Shown here: in pieces, positions 52,100-62,596 of the stretch
How positions within the stretch are numbered: the stretch's first letter is position 1
Layout of the letters: the number at the start of each line of letters is the position of its first letter
Origin: Phoronis australis
Taxonomy: Eukaryota > Animalia > Phoronida
Length of the DNA stretch: 64,000 bases
Assembly (NCBI GenBank): GCA_002633005.1
Contig: NMRA01000426.1
Location: forward strand, 65,481-129,480
Direction: 5' to 3'
Notes under the pieces: model-generated
Told to the model about the DNA's origin: nothing
Database searches by the model: none
The model's input: only the letters and a program-made list of their open reading frames with translations
Position numbers and translations under genes: made by a program

Positions 52100-52858
52100 T
52101 CACTAAAAGCAGATTCTGTGGTGTTCTTAGCAACATTAAACATTTCTTGCCCTTTGAAACTTTGGAAAGTTTATACAATGGTCTTGTCCTTTCTCATTTT
52201 AATTATGGTATTTTACTAAGGGGGTGTGAACATCACAGTCAAATTACAGAAGAAAGGGTTTTTCGCACTATTACCTTTAGTTGTTTTAATGCCCATGCAA
52301 ATTCTTTTTTATTTAAGACTACACAGGTACTCAAAATAAAGCTATTGTTAAAGTTTTTAACAAATATGTTTATAATTACCTACCTTCATTTTAACACGTT
52401 CAGTTCAATAACCCGTGGGTCTCTTCATGAACATTACACAAGGCAGCGACATCTACAAACTCCTCGTTGTACTAAATCATTTGCTGAATATTCAGTTCAA
52501 AATGCCTTGCCTCATATCATTAATATAATAACCTTCCTGTGAGTGAAAAATGTTTACCAATCCGTTATCTTCTATTATAAATTATTTCAAGAACGTTTGT
52601 TTTGAAAGTGCACTATTCCTACCTGCTTTGTGTGTAACTATTTTTGTTAAGCTTTCCTATTTTTTACAAGTAGTTTTAAATTACATTATCACCTAATTTT
52701 GTAATTCTGATTATCTCAAACATTGTATTTTTCTCTGGTGGCGTCAGCGTACCCGTCGGCTTCGGGTCCTTCACGGAGTCTTCATAAGCTTTAATTTGTA
52801 TTTACTGTATTTTTTGTCTTAACGTCAATAAATTATATTACTACTGCTACTACTACTA
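52100..52858 (+). mobile_element. CR1/L2-group LINE 3' fragment
   Basis: GVLSNIKHFLPFETLESLYNGLVLSHFNYGILL..RVFRTIT..AHANSFLFK; AATAAA followed by a (TAC)n tail. Confidence 0.8.
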
Positions 52859-53171
52859 CCCCGAGACTATCCTGCCCTGCAGCGAACAAGTAAACACCCA
52901 AAACATCGCGTTAAATAAGTGTTTCAAATACATGTACCGGCACTTTGTTTGGGGCGGGGTGCTGTGCGTGAACTTGGAATCCTGCTTAATCTCAAGATGG
53001 CGTATGCGTGAATTTGGAATTGAACATTCTTTAAGGCAGTCAGGTGGAATTTTTTGTTGTTCAATGAAAAGAATTTTTGTAATTATTAGCCTTACGATCA
53101 TCCATTCTCTCCTGCACCGTAACTTGTGTCGCAGAACCGAGGAATGAGTGGCTAAATCAATTGTTGTTTAA

Positions 53172-53572
53172 GAAACAATAGATAAGTCTACTACTGGACT
53201 TACGCATGTAGAGACTCGCTGGTTCCCTGCGTGCCGCTAGATGGGGCGGTAGCCGCGCCAGCACTAAGCACGCAGGGAACCAGCGAGATGTAGAGATGGC
53301 TACGTTGCGTCCTCCTCTCGAGGACTTCATCAGGCCACTGAGTTGTCACGTGACTTGTCATGTGATCCGTCGTGCAGTTTCCGCGGGATTCTCTTCAGCG
53401 CCCTATCCTGCACGACGGATCACATGACAAGTCACGTGACAACTCAGTGGCCTGATGAAGTCCTCGAGAGGAGGACGCAACGTAGCCATCTCTACATGCG
53501 TAAGTCCAGTAGTAGATTTATTTATTGTTTCTTATATTGCCCAACTGGATGACTGAAAACATTCATCGTATT
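53172..53572 (+). mobile_element. Non-autonomous Penelope-derived inverted-pLTR element with hammerhead-like motifs
   Basis: 16-bp TSD ATCAATTGTTGTTTAA (53156-53171, 53573-53588); ~125-bp inverted arms; CTGATGAAGTCCTC-GAGAG-GAGGACGCAACGT...AAGTCCAGT...TGGATGACTGA, the layout of a Penelope 3' terminus. Confidence 0.75.
53215..53287. mobile_element. 73-bp micro-MITE
   Basis: 19-bp perfect TIR CTCGCTGGTTCCCTGCGTG; 9-bp TSD ATGTAGAGA; the opposite arm shows the empty site. Confidence 0.9.
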
Positions 53573-55042
53573 ATCAATTGTTGTTTAATGAAATGGATCG
53601 CCAGTAGCTGAAAGGTTGCTTAAAATAGACATTATTTTATTCAAATGTAATTGGATTTAGTGCATTGCAAATTTTTGTGAACATGAGCTTGATTATTTGA
53701 ATGAACTTGTCAAGTTGCCTCGCGTATTCCAAGCTCACGCACACGCGATCTTGATATTAAGCAGGTTTCCAAGTTCACGCAAACAACAATAGACTCTGAA
53801 CTAATCGACACAATCCACGACACCTGAAATCAGTATTGCAACATTCCAGATATACACCAAGCGTACCTTTTGAGGTTTTACAAAAAACTTTGCTTTTATG
53901 CTGTATGTTATTTTTTATATAAACAGTGTGTCTGCAATAAAGTTTATCATATCATAACTCGCTTCCAGCAGACAAATTAATATATCATCTACAGTTGTTG
54001 AACCACAACTTTCTTCTGATAAAAGTTAGTTTCATGTGGACGGTCGCCTGCAGATGTAAAGGCAGACGAACTCAGCGGTGTGCTCTAACGAGTGCATTTC
54101 TTATCACCCCTTTCTCGCTGTGAAACCGGCATGAGTGAACTACGAAAACAACCGAGCAAGTACCCGCAGTTAGGAATCGAAAACGCAGTGATCACTTAAG
54201 TAACAGTAATGGCGTTTTTGGAATGTCTTCATGAACATTTTTTTAAACGAAATTTGGTCATGTAGCATACCTGTTTGTCTATGAATGTTCCTTTTTTATT
54301 AAAAGACGCCAGTCAACGACAGCTAAATCAATAAACAAATTGAACAGGTTTTCTACTTTCAGTGGGTGAAATTTTGCAGTTCTGTAGATATATTGGTTGA
54401 ATGCACACAATAAGGTCCAACACAACCTTAACTGATAAATCATTTTTGTGTTTTACAAAACATATATATTTTCCGTATTAAGCAAAAAAAATTCGATTTT
54501 CAATAAATCGCCAGTCCCGTGTACTTAAGGTTATGCAAGACATCACCAAAAGTCTTAAAGTTTCTACAAAACTGTAGATTTCAACTCAGTGAAAGAAAAC
54601 ATTTTGTGAAAGTAAAAGGCCTGTAGCTTCACTTTTTACCAAGATGACATTAATTGGGTCATGTGACCATATCTTTTAAGTAAAATTTAGCAAAGAGAGG
54701 TACATTCCTAGCAAAACGGTATGAAGACCAAATTTCATTTGATATGTTTAAAATGAAATACCAGAAAAGCTGTAAAGTTACAGTTTCCCAAGTTATTATT
54801 TCATTTTCGTTTTATGCAACTTTTGACTATACATAATCATAGAAGGATTTTTAGATAGCCCCTCATGGAAAAATGGAACATTTTAAAAATAATTCTTATG
54901 AATGGTTTGAAGAAAACCACACAAGTTAGCCAAATTTGATCATTTTTCTACTGCCCTATACAACCAAAGGAGAGGTACACCAAAGAAGGGTTGTTGACAA
55001 CTTCAATAGAATTACAAATACAAATAAGCAGGTTGAATTAAA

Positions 55043-55524
55043 TTTATTGAATATCCACGCTGTCTTCTGTTACAATTGAAATCACCGAGTTCTTATTTAT
55101 ATCATTTTCCAAAATTATTTCCAATGTTATCAAGATGTTATCAGAATATGTTGAAGTTGCCCGCCAGGGGGTGTGTCAGTAGCAGTAATCATGTTTTAAA
55201 CAGAAATTGAAGAAAGATACAGTACAGCGCCAGAAAGCTCTTGCAGCTTTCATGGTGCGTTCAACGTGGTTAAAATGTCCACGTTTCAAAGGTATTGAAA
55301 TAAATTTTTCAAAATTAGTTTGAACATCGGAAGTTTTTGTACCTCAGGAATGTAAAGTTATAGGACACTCGTGGTGTCACAGGAAGCGAATGCGCTTAAC
55401 TAAGCAGGTAATGAAGACGATAAAGAAAAATCGTTAGATAAAGCAAGATAAATAGGTGATGTTCCTTTTTGTGTCAAAGAACATTTATCAAAGACAAAAC
55501 ACGATTCAAATGCCTAGGTTATTA
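55043..55524 (-). terminator. Candidate polyadenylation signals of the myophilin-like gene
   Basis: AATAAA on the minus strand at 55524-55519 and 55048-55043, downstream of the stop codon. Which one is used cannot be told from sequence. Confidence 0.4.
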
Positions 55525-55636
55525 TTGACTGTCTCAGTACACACATATGTTTTATGGTAATTACGCTCTTGTAACGTTACAACTGAGGAATTAATTTCGA
55601 ACCATTCATTTCCGAACTAACTACTACACTCTGACG

Positions 55637-55816
55637 TCACATGTGACGTGTCGTCCCGTAAGCAGTCATCCCTGACTGTGATGCACCTTGGTTCGAACCG
55701 TATTGTAAACTTATGACTTTTTTACTTTCATTAATTTGATCCTCAGAAAACGCTCGCTTGTTTTTGTCGGCAAGTTTTACTCCAATCACTGGCCCTCTGT
55801 AACCATTTCTCTGAGC
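55637..55816 (-). CDS. Myophilin-like gene, terminal coding exon 6 (calponin repeat)
   Basis: Acceptor cttttcAG; encodes ISLQYGSNQGASQSGMTAYGTTRHM, then TGA at 55639-55637. Confidence 0.95.
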   Translation of the reverse strand, partial: AQRNGYRGPVIGVKLADKNKRAFSEDQINESKKVISLQYGSNQGASQSGMTAYGTTRHM

Positions 55817-58800
55817 CTGAAAAGTAAAAGATATATTATGCAAACACTAATACATACAGTGTATATTAAACCACCAACTGGCGCAACTGTAGCAATCCTC
55901 AAATTTCAATATTTTGTACAGACCTTCGAGACACAGAACTGTAGTAACTCGTAAATATTTCTTGCCACAGAGCAAAAACTGTCGTGATTCGCGAATTGCG
56001 ACAGTTTGGGCAGATTTTCAAAGCACAAATTGTCGCGATATAATAGGCGCAGTGACGGATTGTTCGCAGTCTTCGTAATGGAAATGGTCAGCGACCATGC
56101 AGGCGAATGGGAGTACTGAGCTCGACTGTAACCGGAGGGACAAGAACGCAGCCTGCTTGCAAGTCACGAGCCTGAAGAGAATGGTCCTGTAGGCGACGGA
56201 CAAGGTGGTTCAATATATGAAGAAAAACAAAGGGGCCAATGACGATATATAGACGGAGACCGTAGACACGTTAGCCTAGATGACTTCAACGTTTTATGTG
56301 ACTCACGTGTAAAATCAGTGAGACATTAACACTGAAGACTCACATAGGAGGCAAACGATTGTCCCAACGTCATTTATCGTAATCTATTTTGTCCTGGGTA
56401 CGCCATGAGCATGTGTTGCAGAGCGTAAAATAAGATGAGGATTGAGAATAATGTCATTTATTATGACGTAAGTAGAAGAACTAAATAAGACTCTGCAAGA
56501 TGGGCAGGGAAAAAACGCCACCGGGGTGAACAATGAATTACCCTTAATGATGGAACCAAAACAAAAGACATAAGAACTGCCTGAAGGGCCTAAAGAAAAA
56601 ATAAATTGACAAATGCCAAAATAATGAAGGTAAATACATTTAGCAAGTTAAATTTAATTTATGAATGGTGTTTCAGATACATATACACTTCATTTAGACC
56701 GGGCTTCTAGCCGTTTTAAGCCAAGACTGGGCTTATAGCCGCCTTGTAGCCGCTTTAAGCCAAGACCAGGGTTATAGCCGCTTTAAGCCAAGACCTGGTT
56801 TACGACCATTAATAACAATGGTTGCGATGCATGGCGCTTTATACCGGTAAGTTACCGAAGTTCAAAATCGCGGGTGCAGTACGTGAGTAAATATTAACGT
56901 GTCGCTTATGGGCATTGCGACTGACAGTAAGTGCAGTTGCGACATTTAGGTTGTCGTACATAATAAAACACGCGAAATTAATACTTCAAAAAGGTGCTCT
57001 AGTGAATGAGTGCTTACCCGGCAAAATAACAGCAATATTTAAACCACTAAATACTTGAGGAGAAGCGGTGGGACGTCACAAGTCTCAGTGATAACTACAT
57101 TCATAATATTCCGCGTAGACACAGAAAACAAACACAATAATCATGGAAACAGGAATTATGGGTCAATCAGCGAACTTGGCTTACTGGATGCAAAAGCTAC
57201 AAAGCTGAATTGAAATTTGTGCACAAGAACAAAACAGGAAAAGGAAAGTGAAAAGCAAGCAAAAGTTAAGCAATCAAATCAAATCACGTGACTTTCAACG
57301 TTAACTCACCAACGAGCCCAGCGTATGAATACAGTTAATAACCTGGAAATGTTTATAAGAACTATAGATTGCACGCAATCACAGTTTTTATAAAGTAATC
57401 ATAATTTGTACCAAATACTGGTGTATTGTTATTATTATGGCATTCCTAATATTAGATTAAAAAGTCCAAGGTGCCACAGAAATACTAAAGTTTTGATTAA
57501 CCCGGCACATACTGAAGGCCCAAGATAGTTGGTCACTTCACTTACCGTGTAGAGAGATTTGCCTTCATATAAATCTTGCGTCTGGAACGTATCCAGCTCT
57601 TGCATACCGTAAAGTTTACACGCATTCAAGAACATCTCAATATTCTCCATCTGAAACATTACATGAAGTTCCTATTTACAGTGTCTCTTACATCAACCAA
57701 TGCACAGGCGAGATACAGATGCGCAACGCTAAGCCAGAGCGATATTCATTGACAATGTGTTTCAATGCAGCGGGCAGAGTCGTAAAATGCATTTAAAAAA
57801 CACTGCCTATAAAAGTGTAAAGCTACTTTTTGAAAAACTACACATTTTCAAGAATTAGTGATTCCATGTATAGGCTTGTGATTTAAGCAACACAAAAGAT
57901 ATTGAAATGAGCAGCCAGGAGTGGCTGGATAATGAGTCTATCTAGGTCTGTAGTAAACGTAAATGACGATTTCAATACATGTAGGACTGGTATCTTCATT
58001 TCAAATATAACCAGAGCAGTACTGCGTTCGTACTACATTAAAAGGGAAAAATGTGTAAATACATACAATGCTATCTGATCGCTTGAACACACGAACTCAC
58101 GTGCTGAAATGAGGGTGAAGCTTACCTGTTTAAAAGCCAATTTGCTCGTGTTGTATTTTTTGATCAGATGAGGCGCTATTCGGGCCATTAACCTAAAAAG
58201 GACAGAAAACGCAAGCTTTTAAACGTAGTAGAGTATGTTTGAACCTAAAGCACGGATATGTAGTAGGAGTATAGGCCCTACTGTTATACATGTTTTAGGT
58301 AAAATTTATTTTGAAATTTTAAGATAACCAGTTTCACTGTTGTAGAAAGGTTATGATTGTTGCATTGAAAAAACATGACTAGAATTTTAGCGCATCTTTT
58401 GTTTATTTAGAAGGTTTGACACTGAATTAATTTATCGTTAATTTTTTAAAAATATTCCTATTTTGATTTTTGGTCTGTGCCTACTAAAAATTTGCAAAAA
58501 CGTGAAGCTCTACCTGGTGAGCACTGGGTCACCAAATTAATTTTCCGTTGCAGCCGCGTAAACAGAGACACCTCAGGCAAAAATGATGTGAAATTAATTT
58601 GGGTTGCTGAAAAGCCACCTCTAATTGAATTCACATCTTTTTAAAAAAGTACAATACGTAGCACAATGTCAGTTTGATGTTTTAACGGCTCTCTTTAGAT
58701 TCCCCGGTTTACTGATCCGATGTTCTTACTGTAATATTTCTGGATTATGGGTACTTCAAATTTTAACGTTTTGGCTTCCATACAGAAGTTCCACCGTTAA

Positions 58801-61386
58801 TTTTCCCCTATGTTTTATTTTGTTGCCCTGAGCGTTTCTCATCAAATCAGACAAAAGGCTCACCGACTTAGTTTTTTTATTTATTTAATAAAAAATAATT
58901 GCAGGCGGTCTGATACACGTTGTACCAGACGTGCGCAGGCCTCGCATGTGGGCCCATTGCACTGATCACCTGGAAATATTTTTATGCTCTATTAATATAT
59001 GGTTAAAACCGAGCTGAGGAGCTAGAAACCTGGCTCAAGGGTTTAGCAGTGTGACCTGGTGAGACTCGAACCCACGACCTCGAGTAAAGAAAGCGGGCAC
59101 TTATCAACCAGGCCACACTGTCCTCTCCGTATTTATTAAGCTCAAACAGCGCCTCATAAGAATGCACAGTTTAACCTTTTCAAAAGAGCGTCAACTTCAA
59201 GATCACTACTGCCCTGTTGCCATAATGGCAGTCATTATATTATGTTTGATTTTGAAACAAGTTTAGTTGACGTGAAAAGTTTAAGACAAATGGTTCTTCT
59301 TTAATAAATTTAAGACAAATGGTTCTTCTTCAATTTAAGACAAATGGTTCTTCTTTAATAAATTAAAAAAATTGTCGTTTCACACATAATGCGGCGTACA
59401 CTTGCTTCTCAAAATAGAACTCAGTTTTAGGATTTTATGATAAAAAAGTAAAATTACAAAAATTCCCTACACCATGATTCGCATTTGGAGTTAGAAATTC
59501 AACAAAAAAACTCATTTGCAACAAACTGCATAAATCGACAGAAGCAATTTTAATATCGACTACATGGCATCTCTTATAGGGCTTAACAAGTTAAACATCA
59601 GCCGCTGGACCGTTAGATTAACAAAAGTCAGGTGTTGTCAGTTGGGCAAACTCACACCAAAGTGACTTACCGTTTCAAACCCACTCTCTAAATGGGTGGG
59701 TATTCTAATTTATCTACCCCGCCCCCCGTCTGAAACCCCAGGGAATAATTGGCGACCTGTGCACAGAGTTCATGACAAGGCCCCTAATAACTGAAAACAT
59801 TGATCAAATTTATCGCGACATCAGTGCGAATATCTTCACTTTTCATCGAAAATTGCTTCTGTCCTAAGTAGCCTAACAAGCAAGGTCAATATGCTGACAG
59901 AAATGTGCATACTCGCACAACGCTTGTCCGTCCTTGAGAACTTCTTGGAAATCTTTGGGTTCATTAAAGTCACCGCTAGGTGGCACCAGCTGTATCTCGG
60001 TCACTTGTTCTATCCAGTCTAGCGCCTCAAAAGCCAAGTTAAAGTCAAATTTGGCAGCTGTCTGGAAAACAGAGAATGTAAACTTGTGCATTCGTTTGAG
60101 GTGACGTACAGTGTCCTTCATTGTAGCTTGACTAGTATGTGCAACCGACCAGTTCGATTTGATAAACTTTATAACTAGACCGATGGGAGACGGCGGATCG
60201 TTCTCACGGGTTTCACGATTACTAAGCATAAAACACTCACAAGCATTTCTCTTTAGATTTCATTATTGTTGTTGTTTCTTTACATAATGGTTCACCTACG
60301 TACCGCAAAGCATCTGCTTATACACAGTAAATATCATTTTCCCGGCATGGCTTACGAAATCATGAATGACTGTTCACGTCGGGTGCACTCGTTTTTAGTG
60401 CTATCTTCACCCGCTCATATTAATCTTGCGCTCTGTAAAAAAGAAACAATTGTTCCGTGTGTTTATCGCAGACCATTACAACCTCAGACATTTACTGGTC
60501 TGTGAACGCAGGATGCGGTCTCACATATCGCTGATTGATTCAATTCCGAGTCTGCTATGCCGGGTAATCACTGAGTCACTCAAAAACTTTGTAACGGACA
60601 AATGTTGTAACGAACCAATAAACTTGGTGGAGTACACAATGATGAAAAATCAAAAACTAAAGTATAACAAATTTAAACATTTCACTGCAATTAGCCTACT
60701 TACGCGTCCTTGAAGCTCTCGTGCGGTAACCATGATTGACCCATGCACACAACGCAAAAATGTTAAACTACAACACAACCTATACAAATGGAATTTAGAC
60801 TGAAAAACCTTGATTATTTTATTCACCGGTCACACGAACCAACTCTAAACTGAGGATAAAAATAAAAAATGAAACGTAAACAAAGCGTTCAAACACTGGC
60901 GATTGACATTACTATTTGCGGGCACACGTCATACTGAGTACATCTCATGTGTCACGTTACACAAGTCTCCAGTAAAACAAACTGAAGTGTTTGCAAATTA
61001 GTTTGTAGTTATAATCTGAAAATAAATAGTAAATGTATAATTTCATAACTAAAGCTAACGAGCCCCCCCCGCCGGCATTTGGCGAAGTCGGCAAAAAGGT
61101 CCGGCTCAGAGAAACAAAAACTCCCGGCGAAAAAAGAAGAACACGGGACAAAGTTCACTAAAAAGACAAGAACTACCAAAATTCGGCGAGTGCACAATTC
61201 ACAGCTCTGAACGCAACTTACTTAGTAAAAGGTCCACATTTTAAAAATTCGAACCCCTCATTTTTAGGCTGGGTGCTTGCACGTATTACGCGATAACCTT
61301 TTGGCACTACTAAATTTCTAATTAACAAAACTCACCTTCAAAGCACATTCTCGAGATAGCCCAAACGAAGGCCCTTTGTTTGCCAT
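55637..61386 (-). CDS. Myophilin/Mp20/transgelin-like calponin-family actin-binding protein; 6 coding exons, 194 aa; join(61386-61336, 60061-59913, 58192-58126, 57650-57546, 57342-57310, 55816-55637)
   Basis: Spliced translation: MANKGPSFGLSRECALK|TAAKFDFNLAFEALDWIEQVT...LKDGQALCE|LMARIAPHLIKKYNTSKLAFKQ|MENIEMFLNACKLYGMQELDTFQTQDLYEGKSLYT|VINCIHTLGSL|AQRNGYRGPVIGVKLADKNKRAFSEDQINESKKVISLQYGSNQGASQSGMTAYGTTRHM*. This is one CH domain plus one C-terminal calponin (CLIK) repeat. All introns are GT..AG and the phases are consistent. Confidence 0.95.
56695..56800. repeat. ~28-bp tandem repeat in intron 5
   Basis: TAGCCGCTTTAAGCCAAGACC units. Confidence 0.8.
57310..57342 (-). CDS. Myophilin-like gene, coding exon 5 (33-nt mini-exon, VINCIHTLGSL)
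   Basis: Acceptor tttccAG, donor GTGAGT, phase 0/0; supplies the last helix of the CH domain. Confidence 0.88.
57546..57650 (-). CDS. Myophilin-like gene, coding exon 4
   Basis: Acceptor tttcAG, 105 nt, donor GTAAG; encodes MENIEMFL...DTFQTQDLYEGK. Confidence 0.94.
58126..58192 (-). CDS. Myophilin-like gene, coding exon 3
   Basis: Acceptor cttttt AG, 67 nt (completes the split Glu codon), donor GTAAG; encodes LMARIAPHLIKKYNTSKLAFKQ. Not present in the ORF track. Confidence 0.92.
58872..59128 (-). mobile_element. tRNA-derived SINE in intron 2
   Basis: A-box-like TGGCCTGGTTGA, B-box GGTTCGAGTC, then CCCTTGAGC and an A-rich tail ATTAAATAAATAAAAAAA; no full cloverleaf. Confidence 0.7.
59279..59365. 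repeat. ~24-28-bp tandem repeat x3
   Basis: TTTAAGACAAATGGTTCTTCTT units. Confidence 0.85.
59913..60061 (-). CDS. Myophilin-like gene, coding exon 2 (N-terminal part of CH domain)
   Basis: Acceptor ttttccAG, 149 nt, donor GTATGC; encodes ALDWIEQVT and FQEVLKDGQALC. Confidence 0.93.
61336..61386 (-). CDS. Myophilin-like gene, coding exon 1 (MANKGPSFGLSRECALK)
   Basis: ATG at 61386, 17 codons, donor GTGAGT. The MANKGPSxGLS start is typical of transgelin/calponin proteins. Confidence 0.93.
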
Positions 61387-61481
61387 AATAATGATTACTG
61401 TTAAAATATCTTGACCTCAAATGCAGTGTTCCAAGTAATGACGCAGTCGTCGATTAATGCACAGTAGAGTGTTGAAAAAAC

Positions 61482-61517
61482 GAATGATACCGTGACAGAC
61501 AGAAGTACTGTTTTATA
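61482..61517 (-). promoter_or_regulatory. Core promoter: TATA box plus Inr-like element
   Basis: Minus-strand TATAAAA at 61517-61511 and TCATTC (TCAKTY type, A at 61485) 32 nt downstream, about 100 nt upstream of the ATG. Confidence 0.6.
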
Positions 61518-62545
61518 TGACCGTGTGTATACTCAGCAGCGCCATCTATACACAAAACGTGATCAAATAAGTCAGTATATCTTGTATGGCTTCTCTAGAA
61601 ACGCATTCTGAATTGCAAAACGTGAACTCGTGAAAATATACATATGGACATTGTAGCAGTGAGAACCTTTCATCAGGCTTGGTTTCGTTATAGTTTACTT
61701 TTTGAAGATAATCTTAATTTCATACAAAAGACATCACCTCAACGTACAATTCTCAGTGAAATAAAACTGGAAATAACAAGCTCTCATTCACAGGGAAACC
61801 ATTTTGTCAAAATTTAAGTTTACATGACTAAATAGCTCTCATCTAGGATCACTTTGTAACATGCAGTTGTACGACTTCTCTCCACGCAAAGATGTACAGT
61901 GTATCCTATTTCAGTTTTGACTGTGACTACTCATCACGAAATTGGTCTAAAATTGTTTCTCAACCAAATAAGAGATGAATTGTGAGATTGTGATTGCTCA
62001 AGACCCGGCCATACAAACTGGCTTTTTACAGTGGATTACTTCATTTGCCAAGCATAATCTCTGCCAATAACAAAATGTTATTTTTCCAAGTCCACAAACC
62101 ACACCTCACATGAGGTAGGAACAAGTCACTACTAGTTTTAGAGCATAAGTGGTATAGTTCCTGCTTTGTTGATGGAGGACAGGCTCATAGCCACTTCACG
62201 TAAGCCTGCTATAACCTCAGTAATCACTAGTGCAGGCAAGAAAATCACTGAACAAGTGTACAAGACCACAGACTAACAACTCTGAAAATTCTGTTCCAGG
62301 CAAAACCATTGAATTGGTTCAGGTTTCAGGCTGGAATGGTTTCTTTTGACTTTTTAATACTGCAATTTGTCCTTCCTAATTACACATAATTAAAAGGTCG
62401 TCCAATGGTGTTCATCCATTGGTTCAATNNNNNNNNNNNNNNNNNNNNNNNNNNNNNNNNNNNCCCCTCATTTTTAGGCTGGGTGCTTGCACGTATTACG
62501 TGATAACCTTTTCGCACTACTAAATTTCTAATTAACAAAACTCAC

Positions 62546-62596
62546 CTTCAAAGCACATTCTCGAGATAGCCCAAACGAAGGCCCTTTGTTTGCCAT
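62546..62596 (-). other. Second copy of myophilin-like exon 1 inside the duplicated block 62464-63638
   Basis: Identical 51-nt exon with donor and TATA; the block repeats 61254-62428 across an N gap. Confidence 0.8.

Larger units (their letters stand above)
52961..53785. mobile_element. Outer inverted-repeat element (~60-bp imperfect IRs) hosting nested insertions
   Basis: GCGTGAACTTGGAATCCTGCTTAATCTCAAGAT..GGAAT at 52966-53020 pairs with 53726-53780. Confidence 0.6.

Noticed and set aside
59040-59128. tRNA gene
   Set aside because: A and B boxes are present but there is no proper acceptor or anticodon stem, and it continues into a SINE body and A-rich tail.
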